64,000 bases of DNA from Minisyncoccota bacterium (GTDB taxonomy: Bacteria; Patescibacteriota; Minisyncoccia; Phycocordibacterales; PALSA-1337). Numbering within the stretch: the stretch's first letter is position 1; each line of letters opens with the position of its first letter. Positions 49,198 through 58,113 of the stretch are shown one piece after another. Where the stretch lies: contig JBAZBL010000002.1 of the NCBI GenBank assembly GCA_041671485.1, positions 9,320 to 73,319 on the forward strand, read 5' to 3'. Below the pieces are notes generated by a model that had not been told where the DNA came from, searched no databases, and saw only the letters and a program-made list of their open reading frames with translations. Made by a program: the position numbers and the translations under genes.

Positions 49198-49407
49198 ATG
49201 AAAAAGATTTCACTAAAAAGTCTAGTATGGAAAGAGGGAAAGTATTTTGTTTCCCATGCCCTTAACGTGGATGTTTCAAGTTTTGGAAAAACACGAGGTG
49301 AAGCTTTGAAGAATCTAGTTGAAGCAATTAAACTATATATGGAGGATCTTCCTAAATTCAAGATTAGGGAAGTCACACGGCCAGCCATTGTCAACAATGC
49401 TTTGTAA
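49198..49407 (+). CDS. Orphan HicB-family antitoxin
   Basis: WKEGKYFVSH..DVSSFGKTRGEALKNLVEAIKLY; no adjacent hicA. Confidence 0.8.
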   Translation: MKKISLKSLVWKEGKYFVSHALNVDVSSFGKTRGEALKNLVEAIKLYMEDLPKFKIREVTRPAIVNNAL

Positions 49408-49460
49408 TTAAAAACCGCCACTTCCTTTCGAAAGTGGCGGGCGAAACTGTTTGGTGGATC

Positions 49461-50003
49461 TTATCGGCGTCCACCACCGTGGCCACCACCACCATGGGTG
49501 CTGTACGACGGGTACACTGCTCCCGGAGGCGAGCTGTATTGATTCCCGTACCGAGTGTAAACACTCGGCCCCGGTTGCTGGTAAACAGCACCGGGCGGGT
49601 ATGAGATCTGGTCGGGGTACCTCACATACGACGATCCTCCGTTGTAGTATGTTGGGACGGAATTGTACGTTGGTGCGTATCCACCGGAGTACCCGACACT
49701 ACCGGATCCGGTCCAGTAATGAGTTTGCCCACTGCTATTCATCGGGGTGATGGAGACATTGTTCTCCGCCCCGACAGGGATCTGCGACCAGTACTTGCGG
49801 TTGTAGGACTGACTCCCAACGAGAGCCCACCCCTTCGAGTGGTCTTCATAGGTGGACAAGTCCACCGTGTTACCACAGGCGTCCTTGGTGATGTGATTGC
49901 GTTTGACCACATCGTTCTTCTGGTACGTTGCACAACCAGTGCCGACGACCGACACTGCGATGAGACCAACCGTCAGGACAACCAACGAAACTAAATTCTT
50001 CAT
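49461..50003 (-). CDS. Gly/Tyr/Pro-rich lipoprotein
   Basis: Lipobox-like VGTGC; low-complexity C-terminus; GC-rich codons; terminator ~49414-49440. Confidence 0.7.
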   Translation of the reverse strand: MKNLVSLVVLTVGLIAVSVVGTGCATYQKNDVVKRNHITKDACGNTVDLSTYEDHSKGWALVGSQSYNRKYWSQIPVGAENNVSITPMNSSGQTHYWTGSGSVGYSGGYAPTYNSVPTYYNGGSSYVRYPDQISYPPGAVYQQPGPSVYTRYGNQYSSPPGAVYPSYSTHGGGGHGGGRR

Positions 50004-50128
50004 AATTCAAAGTTCTATCTATCTGTAGTTTGTTTTCTTTTTTACCCAGAGACGTTCCAGGTAATTCCCTAGAAGTCTAGCATACTAGAGCTAAATTGTC
50101 AAGCGAGATCAGATCTCGGTAAAAATGC

Positions 50129-50286
50129 GCATAGCTTGATGAGATATGCTCTTGAGCCGACACGCAATGCGATCTGAGCCATGAACAAATTGCTCGTATT
50201 TGCTGAATCCTTGTAAGCAAATACGATTGCAATTTGGAATGGCGACCTTGCGTGGAGGCGAGGGAGCATATCTCATCAAGCTATGC
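50129..50286. repeat. ~160-bp long-hairpin element
   Basis: 23-bp perfect inverted repeat 50129-50151 / 50264-50286 with nested stems. Confidence 0.85.
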
Positions 50287-50330
50287 TGAGAATCGGAGGT
50301 GCGACCTCCGATATTGGCACTATCCCAGAG

Positions 50331-50408
50331 TTATCCACAGGTCGCCTTGTGGTGTGGATAGCGAGAAGTGTTGTAGAATAGCAGTAAGTGGGAAGAAGTG
50401 GGATAAGT
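50331..50408 (+). promoter_or_regulatory. dcw promoter region: two DnaA boxes and MraZ-binding repeats
   Basis: TTATCCACA (50331), TGTGGATAG (50353); GTGGG at 50388 and 50398 (10-bp period). Confidence 0.75.
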
Positions 50409-50475
50409 AAAAAACGTACATATGTTCATCATTTGAATACGTCATACAAACTGCTTCAATACCCGCAAAATTTAT

Positions 50476-50919
50476 ATGCTCATTGGCGAATACAAGCACA
50501 CTATCGACGGCAAGAATCGCCTCTCCATACCTGTCAAATTTCGACAGGAAATGGGGAATAAGGTGATCATAACGAGCGGGCTCGATAACTGTCTCTTCAT
50601 CTTTACGATGATAGAGTGGGAAAGAGTCACAGCACGTTTGTCGGCTTCGGAAGCGTCAATGTTGCAGGCGGACAATCGAGGCTTCAACCGTTATCTCCTC
50701 GGAGGAGCGGTTGAAGTCGAGATTGATACAGTAGGTCGTATGCTCATACCACAATATTTGCGTGATAGGGGCAATCTAATAAAAAGTAAGGTTGTGATAG
50801 TAGGCGTGAGAGATCGTGCCGAAATATGGGATGAAGAAAATTGGGAAAAGTATAGGAGTGGGGTCGAACAAAATGTCGATGCATTGGCAGAGAAGCTGGG
50901 ACAGAGTAGTGAAAAGTAA
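50476..50919 (+). CDS. mraZ: Transcriptional regulator MraZ
   Basis: MLIGEYKHTIDGKNRLSIP, DTVGRMLIP, RAEIWD. Confidence 0.96.
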   Translation: MLIGEYKHTIDGKNRLSIPVKFRQEMGNKVIITSGLDNCLFIFTMIEWERVTARLSASEASMLQADNRGFNRYLLGGAVEVEIDTVGRMLIPQYLRDRGNLIKSKVVIVGVRDRAEIWDEENWEKYRSGVEQNVDALAEKLGQSSEK

Positions 50920-50923
50920 GAGT

Positions 50924-51826
50924 ATGGAAAGTATTCATAAAGCAGTTCTTTTACATGAAGTAGTAAGTGGACTAGTCACGAGGTCGGACCTCGTGGGTTG
51001 TGTGAATTATCTAGATTGCACTATAGGTGGTTGCGGGCATGCTCTCGCTATAGCCGAAGCACTAAAAGGCAATCTCAATATAATAGGTCTTGATCGTGAT
51101 CCGAGATCAATAGAGAGAGCAAAAGTCTTATTGAGTGGTAAAGCAGAGAAAGTAATATTGGAAAATGAAGACTTTCGCAATCTTGATAAGGTATTAGACA
51201 AAAATGAGATAAAAAATGTTGATCTTATTCTCATGGATCTAGGGCTATCTAGTGATCAGCTACAAGATTCTATGCGAGGCTTTTCATTCCAGGCAGATGA
51301 ACCACTACTTATGACTATGAATGATCCAACGAAACATTTATTCAATGCAGGAAGTATAGTCAACAATTGGAAGGAAGAAGATATTGCAAATGTAATATTT
51401 GCTTATGGAGAAGAGAGATTTGCAAGGAGGATAGCAAAGGGGATCGTAGAATATAGAGAGAAGAAAGAGATAGAAACTTCTGGAGAACTCGTAGAAATAA
51501 TAAAGATGAGAGTGCCAGCATTTTATAGGAGGGGGAAGATTCATCCGGCAACAAAGACTTTCCAAGCATTACGGATAGCAGTAAACGATGAATTGAATTC
51601 CTTGAAAGAAGGACTAGAGAAGAGTTATGAAAGACTAAATATAGGAGGCAGGATGGCAGTGATTTCATTTCATAGTTTGGAAGATAGAATAGTCAAAAAT
51701 TTTTATAAAGAAAAAGCAAATACAAAAGAATCTATTGTTACCAAGAAACCAGTCTGTGCGAGTTTGGAAGAAGTGAGAGATAACCCTAGGTCTAGAAGTG
51801 CAAAATTGAGAATTTTTCAAAAATGA
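50924..51826 (+). CDS. rsmH: 16S rRNA m4C1402 methyltransferase
   Basis: HKAVLLHE, DCTIGGCGHA, DLGLSSDQL, HPATKTFQALRIAVN, NPRSRSAKLR; in-frame palindrome 50977-50995. Confidence 0.96.
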   Translation: MESIHKAVLLHEVVSGLVTRSDLVGCVNYLDCTIGGCGHALAIAEALKGNLNIIGLDRDPRSIERAKVLLSGKAEKVILENEDFRNLDKVLDKNEIKNVDLILMDLGLSSDQLQDSMRGFSFQADEPLLMTMNDPTKHLFNAGSIVNNWKEEDIANVIFAYGEERFARRIAKGIVEYREKKEIETSGELVEIIKMRVPAFYRRGKIHPATKTFQALRIAVNDELNSLKEGLEKSYERLNIGGRMAVISFHSLEDRIVKNFYKEKANTKESIVTKKPVCASLEEVRDNPRSRSAKLRIFQK

Positions 51827-52158
51827 ATAAAGCAATAATAAAGATATATAATATAGTTTCTAGAGATCAATCGAAGTTTGTATACTTATTGATTGCTATT
51901 TGTATCTGTGTATCTTTTGTATACGGTTTGTTCGTCTATAGAACAATAGAATACACTATTGCCATCCGAGACAATGAAACAAAGATAGCAGACCTTGGAA
52001 GTCTTGTTGGTGAACTAGATACACAATATATTGCCAAATCATCCAAGATTACTTCAGAATTGGCAAAAGAATATGGTCTCTATGAGACAAAAGTAAGTGC
52101 ATATATCAATCGTACAACTTCTCTCGGAAGTGTAGCGCGAGCGCGGTTGGAGTTGTGA
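51823..52158 (+). CDS. FtsL-like cell division protein
   Basis: TM plus coiled coil, located between rsmH and the PBP. Confidence 0.65.
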   Translation: MNKAIIKIYNIVSRDQSKFVYLLIAICICVSFVYGLFVYRTIEYTIAIRDNETKIADLGSLVGELDTQYIAKSSKITSELAKEYGLYETKVSAYINRTTSLGSVARARLEL

Positions 52159-53882
52159 TGAATCATATACAAAAGATCAAAACAAGGACCGCTCTTATCG
52201 GCATTATATTGTTTGCTCTTATTCTATGCATAACTCTATATTCGCGACAAATAGTAAAAGGGGAAATATATGCTATAAAAGCTGATAAACAATATGCTCG
52301 TCCTGGGGCGCAAGTATTCGATCGTGGAAGTATATATTTCAAATCAAAAGATGGAACAAAGATCGCCGCAGCAACGATAGAGCGTGGTTATGTTGCATTT
52401 GTAAATCCCAAACTCATAAATGATGCAGAGGAAGTTTTTAATGTTGTTTCTCAATTCTTGAAAATAGATAATGCTACGTTTCTGAAAATTGCATCGAAGA
52501 AAGATGATCCATATGAAGAGATTGCACATAGATTGGATCAAAGTACAATGCAATCATTGTTATCTCTATCTATGCCCAGTGTTGGTGTTACTAGTGAAGC
52601 TTGGCGATCATACCCTGGAGGAGTCTTATCTGCACATTTGCTTGGTCTTACTGGACAAAATAAAGATTCATCTCTAATCGAAGGTAAATATGGTCTGGAG
52701 AGATCGTATCAAGATATTCTGGATCGTTCTCGAGAAAGTAATAGTTCTATTGAAATCTTTGCTCAATTATTTGTTGATGTGAGGGATAGCCTTATCGGAG
52801 AAAAAGAAGTTGTAGGTGATATAGTAACAACTATAGAACCTACCGTTGAAGCATATTTAGAAAAAACTTTAAGTGAGACAAATGCAATATGGCATCCCGA
52901 TGAAATAGGAGGTATCATAATTGATCCAAAAACTGGTGATATTATAGCGATGGCATCTCTACCCACATTCAATCCAAATGATACTTCTCTTATAAATAAC
53001 GCTTCTATATTCTCAAATCCATTGGTTGAACATGTATATGAGATGGGTTCAATCATGAAGCCACTCACTATAGCAATGGGATTGGATTCTGGAGCAATAG
53101 GTTTGGATTTTACCTATGATGATCCTGGTTGCATCACTCTCGACACAAAGAAGATATGCAATTCTGATAAACTTCCACGCAATCGAGTAGATATTCAAAC
53201 AGTGTTGGATCATTCCTTGAATGTGGGAGCGGCTACAATTGCCATAAAAACTGGTAGTGAAAAAGTAATCAATTATTTTTCTGATAGATATAATTTTGGC
53301 AGAAAGACTGGTATTGATTTGCCCAATGAAGCTACGAATCTACTAGGCAATATGAAACGGGGTCGTGATATAGAGATAGCTACTGCAGCATATGGACAAG
53401 GTATAGCAGTGTCCCCGATCGCCATGACAAGAGCTCTTTCAATCCTTGCAAATGATGGATATGGGATTGTACCTCATGTAGTAAGTGAAGTCATCTATTC
53501 CGATGGAACGAGAGAAGACATGAAGGTAGAACAAGTCAAGATAAGATCATTGAATAAAATTACTGTTGATGAAGTGACCAAGATATTGGTGTCTATTGTA
53601 GACAAAACACTGAAGGGTGGTGCTATCAAAATGCCAAATCATTCTATTGCTGCGAAGACTGGTACTGCACAAATACCGGATCCGAAGAATGGTGGCTACT
53701 ATACTGATAGATATTTGCATTCATTCTTCGGGTATTTCCCTGCATACAATCCAAAATTTTTGATTTTCATCTATCAAGTGCATCCAAAGGGTGCTCAATA
53801 TGCATCGGAGACTTTGACAGATCCGTTTGCCAATATGACCAAGTTTCTGATAAATTACTACAATGTGCCTCCGGACAGATAG
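52155..53882 (+). CDS. ftsI: Class B penicillin-binding protein (FtsI)
   Basis: RGSIY, YEMGSIMK (SxxK), SLN, KTGTAQ. Confidence 0.92.
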   Translation: MMNHIQKIKTRTALIGIILFALILCITLYSRQIVKGEIYAIKADKQYARPGAQVFDRGSIYFKSKDGTKIAAATIERGYVAFVNPKLINDAEEVFNVVSQFLKIDNATFLKIASKKDDPYEEIAHRLDQSTMQSLLSLSMPSVGVTSEAWRSYPGGVLSAHLLGLTGQNKDSSLIEGKYGLERSYQDILDRSRESNSSIEIFAQLFVDVRDSLIGEKEVVGDIVTTIEPTVEAYLEKTLSETNAIWHPDEIGGIIIDPKTGDIIAMASLPTFNPNDTSLINNASIFSNPLVEHVYEMGSIMKPLTIAMGLDSGAIGLDFTYDDPGCITLDTKKICNSDKLPRNRVDIQTVLDHSLNVGAATIAIKTGSEKVINYFSDRYNFGRKTGIDLPNEATNLLGNMKRGRDIEIATAAYGQGIAVSPIAMTRALSILANDGYGIVPHVVSEVIYSDGTREDMKVEQVKIRSLNKITVDEVTKILVSIVDKTLKGGAIKMPNHSIAAKTGTAQIPDPKNGGYYTDRYLHSFFGYFPAYNPKFLIFIYQVHPKGAQYASETLTDPFANMTKFLINYYNVPPDR

Positions 53883-53893
53883 GTTGCACAATT

Positions 53894-55195
53894 ATGAGAT
53901 TTATAAAGAAAATTCTTGTTTCAATACTTACTCTAGAGTCCAAAGCTATCCTAAAGAAGTATAGGCCATTTGTAATAGCTGTGACTGGAAGTGTAGGCAA
54001 AACTTCTACAAAAGATGCTATATATGCAATGCTTCGGAATAGTGGTGGCTTTGTAAGGAAAAGTGAAAAGAGTCTAAATAGTGATATCGGCTTGCCTCTC
54101 ACTATCATTGGAGTTCCGAATGCTTGGTATAGTATTTCTCTATGGGTACAGAATATTATTCAAGGATTATCTCTTATATTAATTAACCAAGAATATCCAA
54201 ATCTATTGATCCTAGAAGTTGGTGCAGATCATCCAGGTGATATAAAGAAGATTACAAAATGGCTTCATCCAGATATTGCAGTTATTACAAAGATAAGTGA
54301 TATGCCAGTACATGTAGAATTTTTCAAATCACCAGAGCAAGTTTTCGAAGAAAAGATGGCTTTGGGGGAAGCCCTGAAAGATGGTGGAACACTATTACTA
54401 TTTGCAGATGACAATAAGGTTGCATCTATAGGCAATATAATAAAAAAGAATTCAAAGAAGAAATTTGAAGTACTGACTTTCGGTACAGCAGAAAATGCAA
54501 ATATAAGAGGTTTTGACTATGAAGTAAAAGGTATGAATGAAGGATTTACTTTCAAGATGAATTTCTCTGGTCGCATAGAGACGGTGAAGATAGATAGGGT
54601 GTTAGGGAAGCAACAGATGTATCCACTACTTGCTGCTATAGCTGTCGGCAAAGTCAGAGGACTTTCTGTCGATGATATGATGAGAGGCTTGTATGAATAT
54701 GAATCACCTAGGGGGCGTATGAATGTATTGGATGGAGTGAATGGTTCTCAAATAATTGATGATACTTACAATTCATCACCAGATGCGGTAGTCTCTGCCC
54801 TCGAAACTCTCAAAGAATCGAAGTGTAGAGGTAGAAGAATAGCTATATTGGGGGATATGATGGAGCTTGGAAAATATTCTACGGAAGAACATAGGAAGGT
54901 AGGAAAAGTTGTTTCGAAGATTTCTGATATTTTGATAACAGTTGGACCTAGAGCAAGGATGATAGGAGAAGAAGCATTGGCAAATGGTATGGAAAAAGAA
55001 AGGATAATATCCTTTGACTGCTCAATAGATGCTATACCTTATGTCAAATCTTTGATTCAAACTGGTGATGTTGTACTTATAAAAGGATCACAGAGTCCTA
55101 GACTAGAGCGTATAACAAAAGCTCTCTTGAAAAATCCCGAGAAAGCAGATAAACTCCTTGTGCGACAAGAGAAAGAATGGTTGGAGAAGAAGTGA
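53894..55195 (+). CDS. murF: UDP-MurNAc-tripeptide--D-Ala-D-Ala ligase
   Basis: AVTGSVGKTSTK, IDDTYNSSP, LGDMMELG, LIKGSQ. Confidence 0.93.
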   Translation: MRFIKKILVSILTLESKAILKKYRPFVIAVTGSVGKTSTKDAIYAMLRNSGGFVRKSEKSLNSDIGLPLTIIGVPNAWYSISLWVQNIIQGLSLILINQEYPNLLILEVGADHPGDIKKITKWLHPDIAVITKISDMPVHVEFFKSPEQVFEEKMALGEALKDGGTLLLFADDNKVASIGNIIKKNSKKKFEVLTFGTAENANIRGFDYEVKGMNEGFTFKMNFSGRIETVKIDRVLGKQQMYPLLAAIAVGKVRGLSVDDMMRGLYEYESPRGRMNVLDGVNGSQIIDDTYNSSPDAVVSALETLKESKCRGRRIAILGDMMELGKYSTEEHRKVGKVVSKISDILITVGPRARMIGEEALANGMEKERIISFDCSIDAIPYVKSLIQTGDVVLIKGSQSPRLERITKALLKNPEKADKLLVRQEKEWLEKK

Positions 55196-55208
55196 TTGTG
55201 GTACTAAG

Positions 55209-55280
55209 GGCCCTATCGTCTAACGGTTAGGACATTGCCTTCTCAAGGCAGTAATCCGGGTTCGATTCCCGGTAGGGTCA
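55209..55280 (+). tRNA. tRNA-Glu(CTC), CCA not encoded
   Basis: Acceptor GGCCCTA/TAGGGTC, anticodon loop TTCTCAA, T-arm CCGGG-TTCGATT-CCCGG. Confidence 0.95.
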
Positions 55281-55282
55281 CT

Positions 55283-55322
55283 CGGTCAAAAAAGACTGGA
55301 TTATTCCAGTCTTTTTTGACCG
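55283..55322. terminator. Perfect hairpin after the tRNA
   Basis: CGGTCAAAAAAGACTGGA-TTAT-TCCAGTCTTTTTTGACCG. Confidence 0.7.
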
Positions 55323-55395
55323 TAGGGAGGCTCTGGGAATCGAAGCCCGATTGAGATTTTATCGAGTCCGCAGGACGAAGAGAAAATCCAATTGG

Positions 55396-55434
55396 GGTAC
55401 TGGTCCTGTAAGGACCGATTCCCGGTAGGGTCAC
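55396..55434 (+). repeat. att-like direct repeat copy 2 (mini-hairpin plus tRNA-Glu 3' end)
   Basis: 39 bp identical to 59095-59133; last 19 bp identical to 55263-55281 at the tRNA 3' end. Confidence 0.9.
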
Positions 55435-55762
55435 CAAGAGAAACATTGTAGGATTTAAGATAGCAGAGCGATTTTGTGGAAGCCAAAATCGTTCCAAAAT
55501 GCAGAAACTGAAGAAGTTTCTCTTGGTGATGTAATTGTATCATTTGCTCGAATTTTCTTCCAAAGGAATTCTTGAAGCACCCCGCCACTTTTTTATCTGG
55601 AGAAAGTGAAGCGGGGTGCTCTACTCGCCCGCACGCAGGAGTGGTTTGGAGAGGAATGCGTGCGGGCTCCCATTCTTTTTTGGCAGGGGGAATCCTTAAA
55701 TACAGAATATCATAATATCTAAACTTTGGATATTGATTATTTAGATAGATGATAGTATCATT

Positions 55763-55984
55763 ATGACTAAGTCAATCAGAACCAAAGAATATGCTTATTT
55801 TGTTGAGCGATTGCGTAAAGCTCGCGAGGAGAAAGGATTGACACAGATACAAGTTGCAAAAAAATTGAGGCGTCCACAATCGCATATTTCTAATATCGAA
55901 TCAGGACAGCAGAGAGTTGATGTTGTTGAACTTCAGACTTTTGCGAAGATTTATGGGAAGGATATTGGGTATTTTATTAAATAA
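55763..55984 (+). CDS. XRE-family HTH regulator
   Basis: LRKAREEKGLTQIQVAKKL..PQSHISNIESGQ; palindrome ATATCTAAACTTTGGATAT upstream. Confidence 0.9.
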   Translation: MTKSIRTKEYAYFVERLRKAREEKGLTQIQVAKKLRRPQSHISNIESGQQRVDVVELQTFAKIYGKDIGYFIK

Positions 55985-55995
55985 CTTTAAATGAT

Positions 55996-56502
55996 ATGAA
56001 TTGGTCAAAGGAAAATGCTTTAAAAATACTAATCCTAATAGCTCTAACAGTAGGAGCAACAGTTTTTGTTTTGAATAGCAACGGTAAAGATATCAAATTA
56101 ACTAATGTTCTAGACAAAGAAATAGAGTTACCTAAACTGGTAGAGACAAAAATTGTTAAAATTGGTCGTTATGGTCTAGATTGTCAAACTACTTACTATT
56201 CAGCCATTGTTACAGGAGATTTTTTAATTGATGAATCTTATGTAAAAATAGCTGAAGGTCATGAAAAACAAGTACTCTATGTAGAAGATAAAACTGCTAA
56301 ATTTTTTGGGGCTGACTATGCTGTAATACAAGATGACGAAAGCTATCTTGTTATCGTGCGAACCTATCCCGTTAGTGGTTTAATTGAGACAGTAACAATT
56401 AACAAGGAAAAGGGGATTGGTTTTGATACAAAGACAATGGGTATGGGTATAAGTGGAGGACCACAGTCGGATACCTATATTCTGAAGTGTTTAGAAATAT
56501 AA
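55996..56502 (+). CDS. Hypothetical membrane-anchored protein
   Basis: N-terminal TM, paired Cys; similar architecture to the next gene. Confidence 0.7.
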   Translation: MNWSKENALKILILIALTVGATVFVLNSNGKDIKLTNVLDKEIELPKLVETKIVKIGRYGLDCQTTYYSAIVTGDFLIDESYVKIAEGHEKQVLYVEDKTAKFFGADYAVIQDDESYLVIVRTYPVSGLIETVTINKEKGIGFDTKTMGMGISGGPQSDTYILKCLEI

Positions 56503-56511
56503 AACAATTAT

Positions 56512-57006
56512 ATGAAATTAAAAGAAAATTGGTTTATGATTTTACTGCTATTGCTCATAGGTATATTTGTTATTTTTTCCCTTACTAAAAAAAGTAGCGA
56601 CTCAACCGAGATAAAAAAATCATTTTCTGAAACAAATGTTTCTTCTGCTGTTCAAATAACTTGTACTTATCCTCAAGTTTTGAATGCTAATTATTTAAAT
56701 AGTGAAATTTCTCACAACATATCGCAACCTGAAACAAATCCTATAATTTTTACTTTTTCAAAACTTGAGGATCCTAAAGTGGGACAATTGAGTTATATAG
56801 ATTCAACGCGATCTATAACAAATGTTCCGATCTATAAAATAATTGATGATTCTGAAAAATTTGTCTATCTTGATGGAACTGGTGAAAATTATTTATCAAC
56901 TCATACTATCTACAAAAAAACTGGTGTTTCTACATATACAAAAACTGTGAGCATACTCGGTATTCCATCGGGAACTTTAGCCATGGGAAGCTGTGTCGGG
57001 TATTAG
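56512..57006 (+). CDS. Hypothetical membrane-anchored protein
   Basis: N-terminal TM; TIYKKTG parallels TINKEKG of the previous gene; terminal Cys. Confidence 0.7.
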   Translation: MKLKENWFMILLLLLIGIFVIFSLTKKSSDSTEIKKSFSETNVSSAVQITCTYPQVLNANYLNSEISHNISQPETNPIIFTFSKLEDPKVGQLSYIDSTRSITNVPIYKIIDDSEKFVYLDGTGENYLSTHTIYKKTGVSTYTKTVSILGIPSGTLAMGSCVGY

Positions 57007-57010
57007 ACCT

Positions 57011-57298
57011 ATGGAAAATTCAAGTAAAAAAAGCCAAGAGGAGTAGGTAGAAATTCGGAATAGTTCGACAATTAATTCTGAGGAATATCAAAGAGCAAAA
57101 GATCATATTCGAGATATACAGGGTAATGTAAATAATATTTAAATTGCTAATTTAACTGATTTTATTAGGGCATATAAAATTGAAACCGAGAAAAACATTG
57201 AAAGTAATCGTAATCTGTCACTTGTAGCTATTGGTGTTGCCATACTAATGCCTTTAATTCCAATGATAATTGATTTAATATTAAAATATTGTTCATAA
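57011..57298 (+). pseudogene. Small membrane protein gene with two in-frame stops
   Basis: MENSSKKSQEE*VEIRN...NNI*IANLTD...LSLVAIGVAILMPLIP; frame intact across TAG and TAA. Confidence 0.6.
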
Positions 57299-57327
57299 AA
57301 TTATGAACAAATTAAAGAAAAAACAAT

Positions 57328-57618
57328 ATGAAATATAAAGGTGTAATTATTATTGTTCTTATTGTCGCTGGGATTTACTTCTTTTGGGGTGGAAAAGAAA
57401 CATGGCTCGGATTTTACTATCCTAATGGTTGTTTAACTTGCACAGACCAATATATTTATAGCCCACAATTTGATAATCGTGCTTCATGCCTCGCTTGGGC
57501 TACAAACACCAAGCAGCGACGAAATAATCCCAATGACGATTTTGAGTGTGGAAAAAATTGTAAAGTACCAAATAGTCCAGACGGGTTGTATGTGTGTGAT
57601 GAGACTGTAGATTACTAA
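57328..57618 (+). CDS. Cys-rich secreted hypothetical protein
   Basis: WLGFYYP, CLAWA, FECGKNC. Confidence 0.75.
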   Translation: MKYKGVIIIVLIVAGIYFFWGGKETWLGFYYPNGCLTCTDQYIYSPQFDNRASCLAWATNTKQRRNNPNDDFECGKNCKVPNSPDGLYVCDETVDY

Positions 57619-57623
57619 TTCGT

Positions 57624-58022
57624 ATGACGACTGATTCTCTCATCACTCTACATCGTTATTATACTTGGGCTAACAAACTGCGTGTAGATTTTCAGAATAT
57701 TCTGGAAAATAAGAATAAAACTTCTAAAGATGAATTTGAAATAACATCTATAATGTATATGTCGTTGTGGTATGGAATGTTATATGTAGTAATCGAAGGG
57801 TGGCGAGAATTAAAATTTAAAGATCAAGTTATTGACGATTTATTGAGATCAAAATATACCAATTTACTTAGACAATACAGAAATGGAGTTTTTCATTTTC
57901 AGAAAAAATATAAAGATGAAAGATTTGAGGATTTAGATAAAGAAAAAGATGCAGTTAAATGGATAATTGATTTAAACAAAGAATTTGGGAGATTTTTTCT
58001 GGAAAAATTGAAAATGCGATGA
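57624..58022 (+). CDS. Hypothetical protein with HEPN-like RxxxxH motif
   Basis: LYVVIEGW, RQYRNGVFH. Confidence 0.6.
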   Translation: MTTDSLITLHRYYTWANKLRVDFQNILENKNKTSKDEFEITSIMYMSLWYGMLYVVIEGWRELKFKDQVIDDLLRSKYTNLLRQYRNGVFHFQKKYKDERFEDLDKEKDAVKWIIDLNKEFGRFFLEKLKMR

Positions 58023-58113
58023 TCTTTACAATACTCTGATATACGATAATCTTCACCAATTTTATTTTCTATACTATAAAATCTGAACAAATGATATAAT
58101 GCTATCTAATAAT

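Noticed and set aside
29397-50361. oriC at the DnaA boxes
   Set aside because: Only isolated or paired boxes, with no dense cluster or dnaA/dnaN nearby; more likely promoter regulation
54611-54633. murF segment CAaCAgATgTAtCCaCTaCTtGC as a self-target of guide 2 (CA.CA.TA.GC.CC.CT.CT.GC)
   Set aside because: Only 6 of 8 dinucleotides match and upstream units do not; a match of this quality is plausible by chance in 64 kb
55243-55588. Minus-strand ORFs over the tRNA and att repeats
   Set aside because: Translations of antisense tRNA and repeat sequence; VTLPGI recurs because of the repeat
55638-55657. GGA-GT GGT-TT GGA-GA GGA-AT as a third pentamer guide
   Set aside because: Only 4 units, inside the loop of a repeat hairpin; not kept in the inverted copy; no promoter or terminator
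45106-57046. TAG or TGA stop-codon reassignment
   Set aside because: Conserved genes end properly at TAG (pth, pyrF, ftsI) and TGA (murF, valS); interrupted ORFs are better explained as pseudogenes
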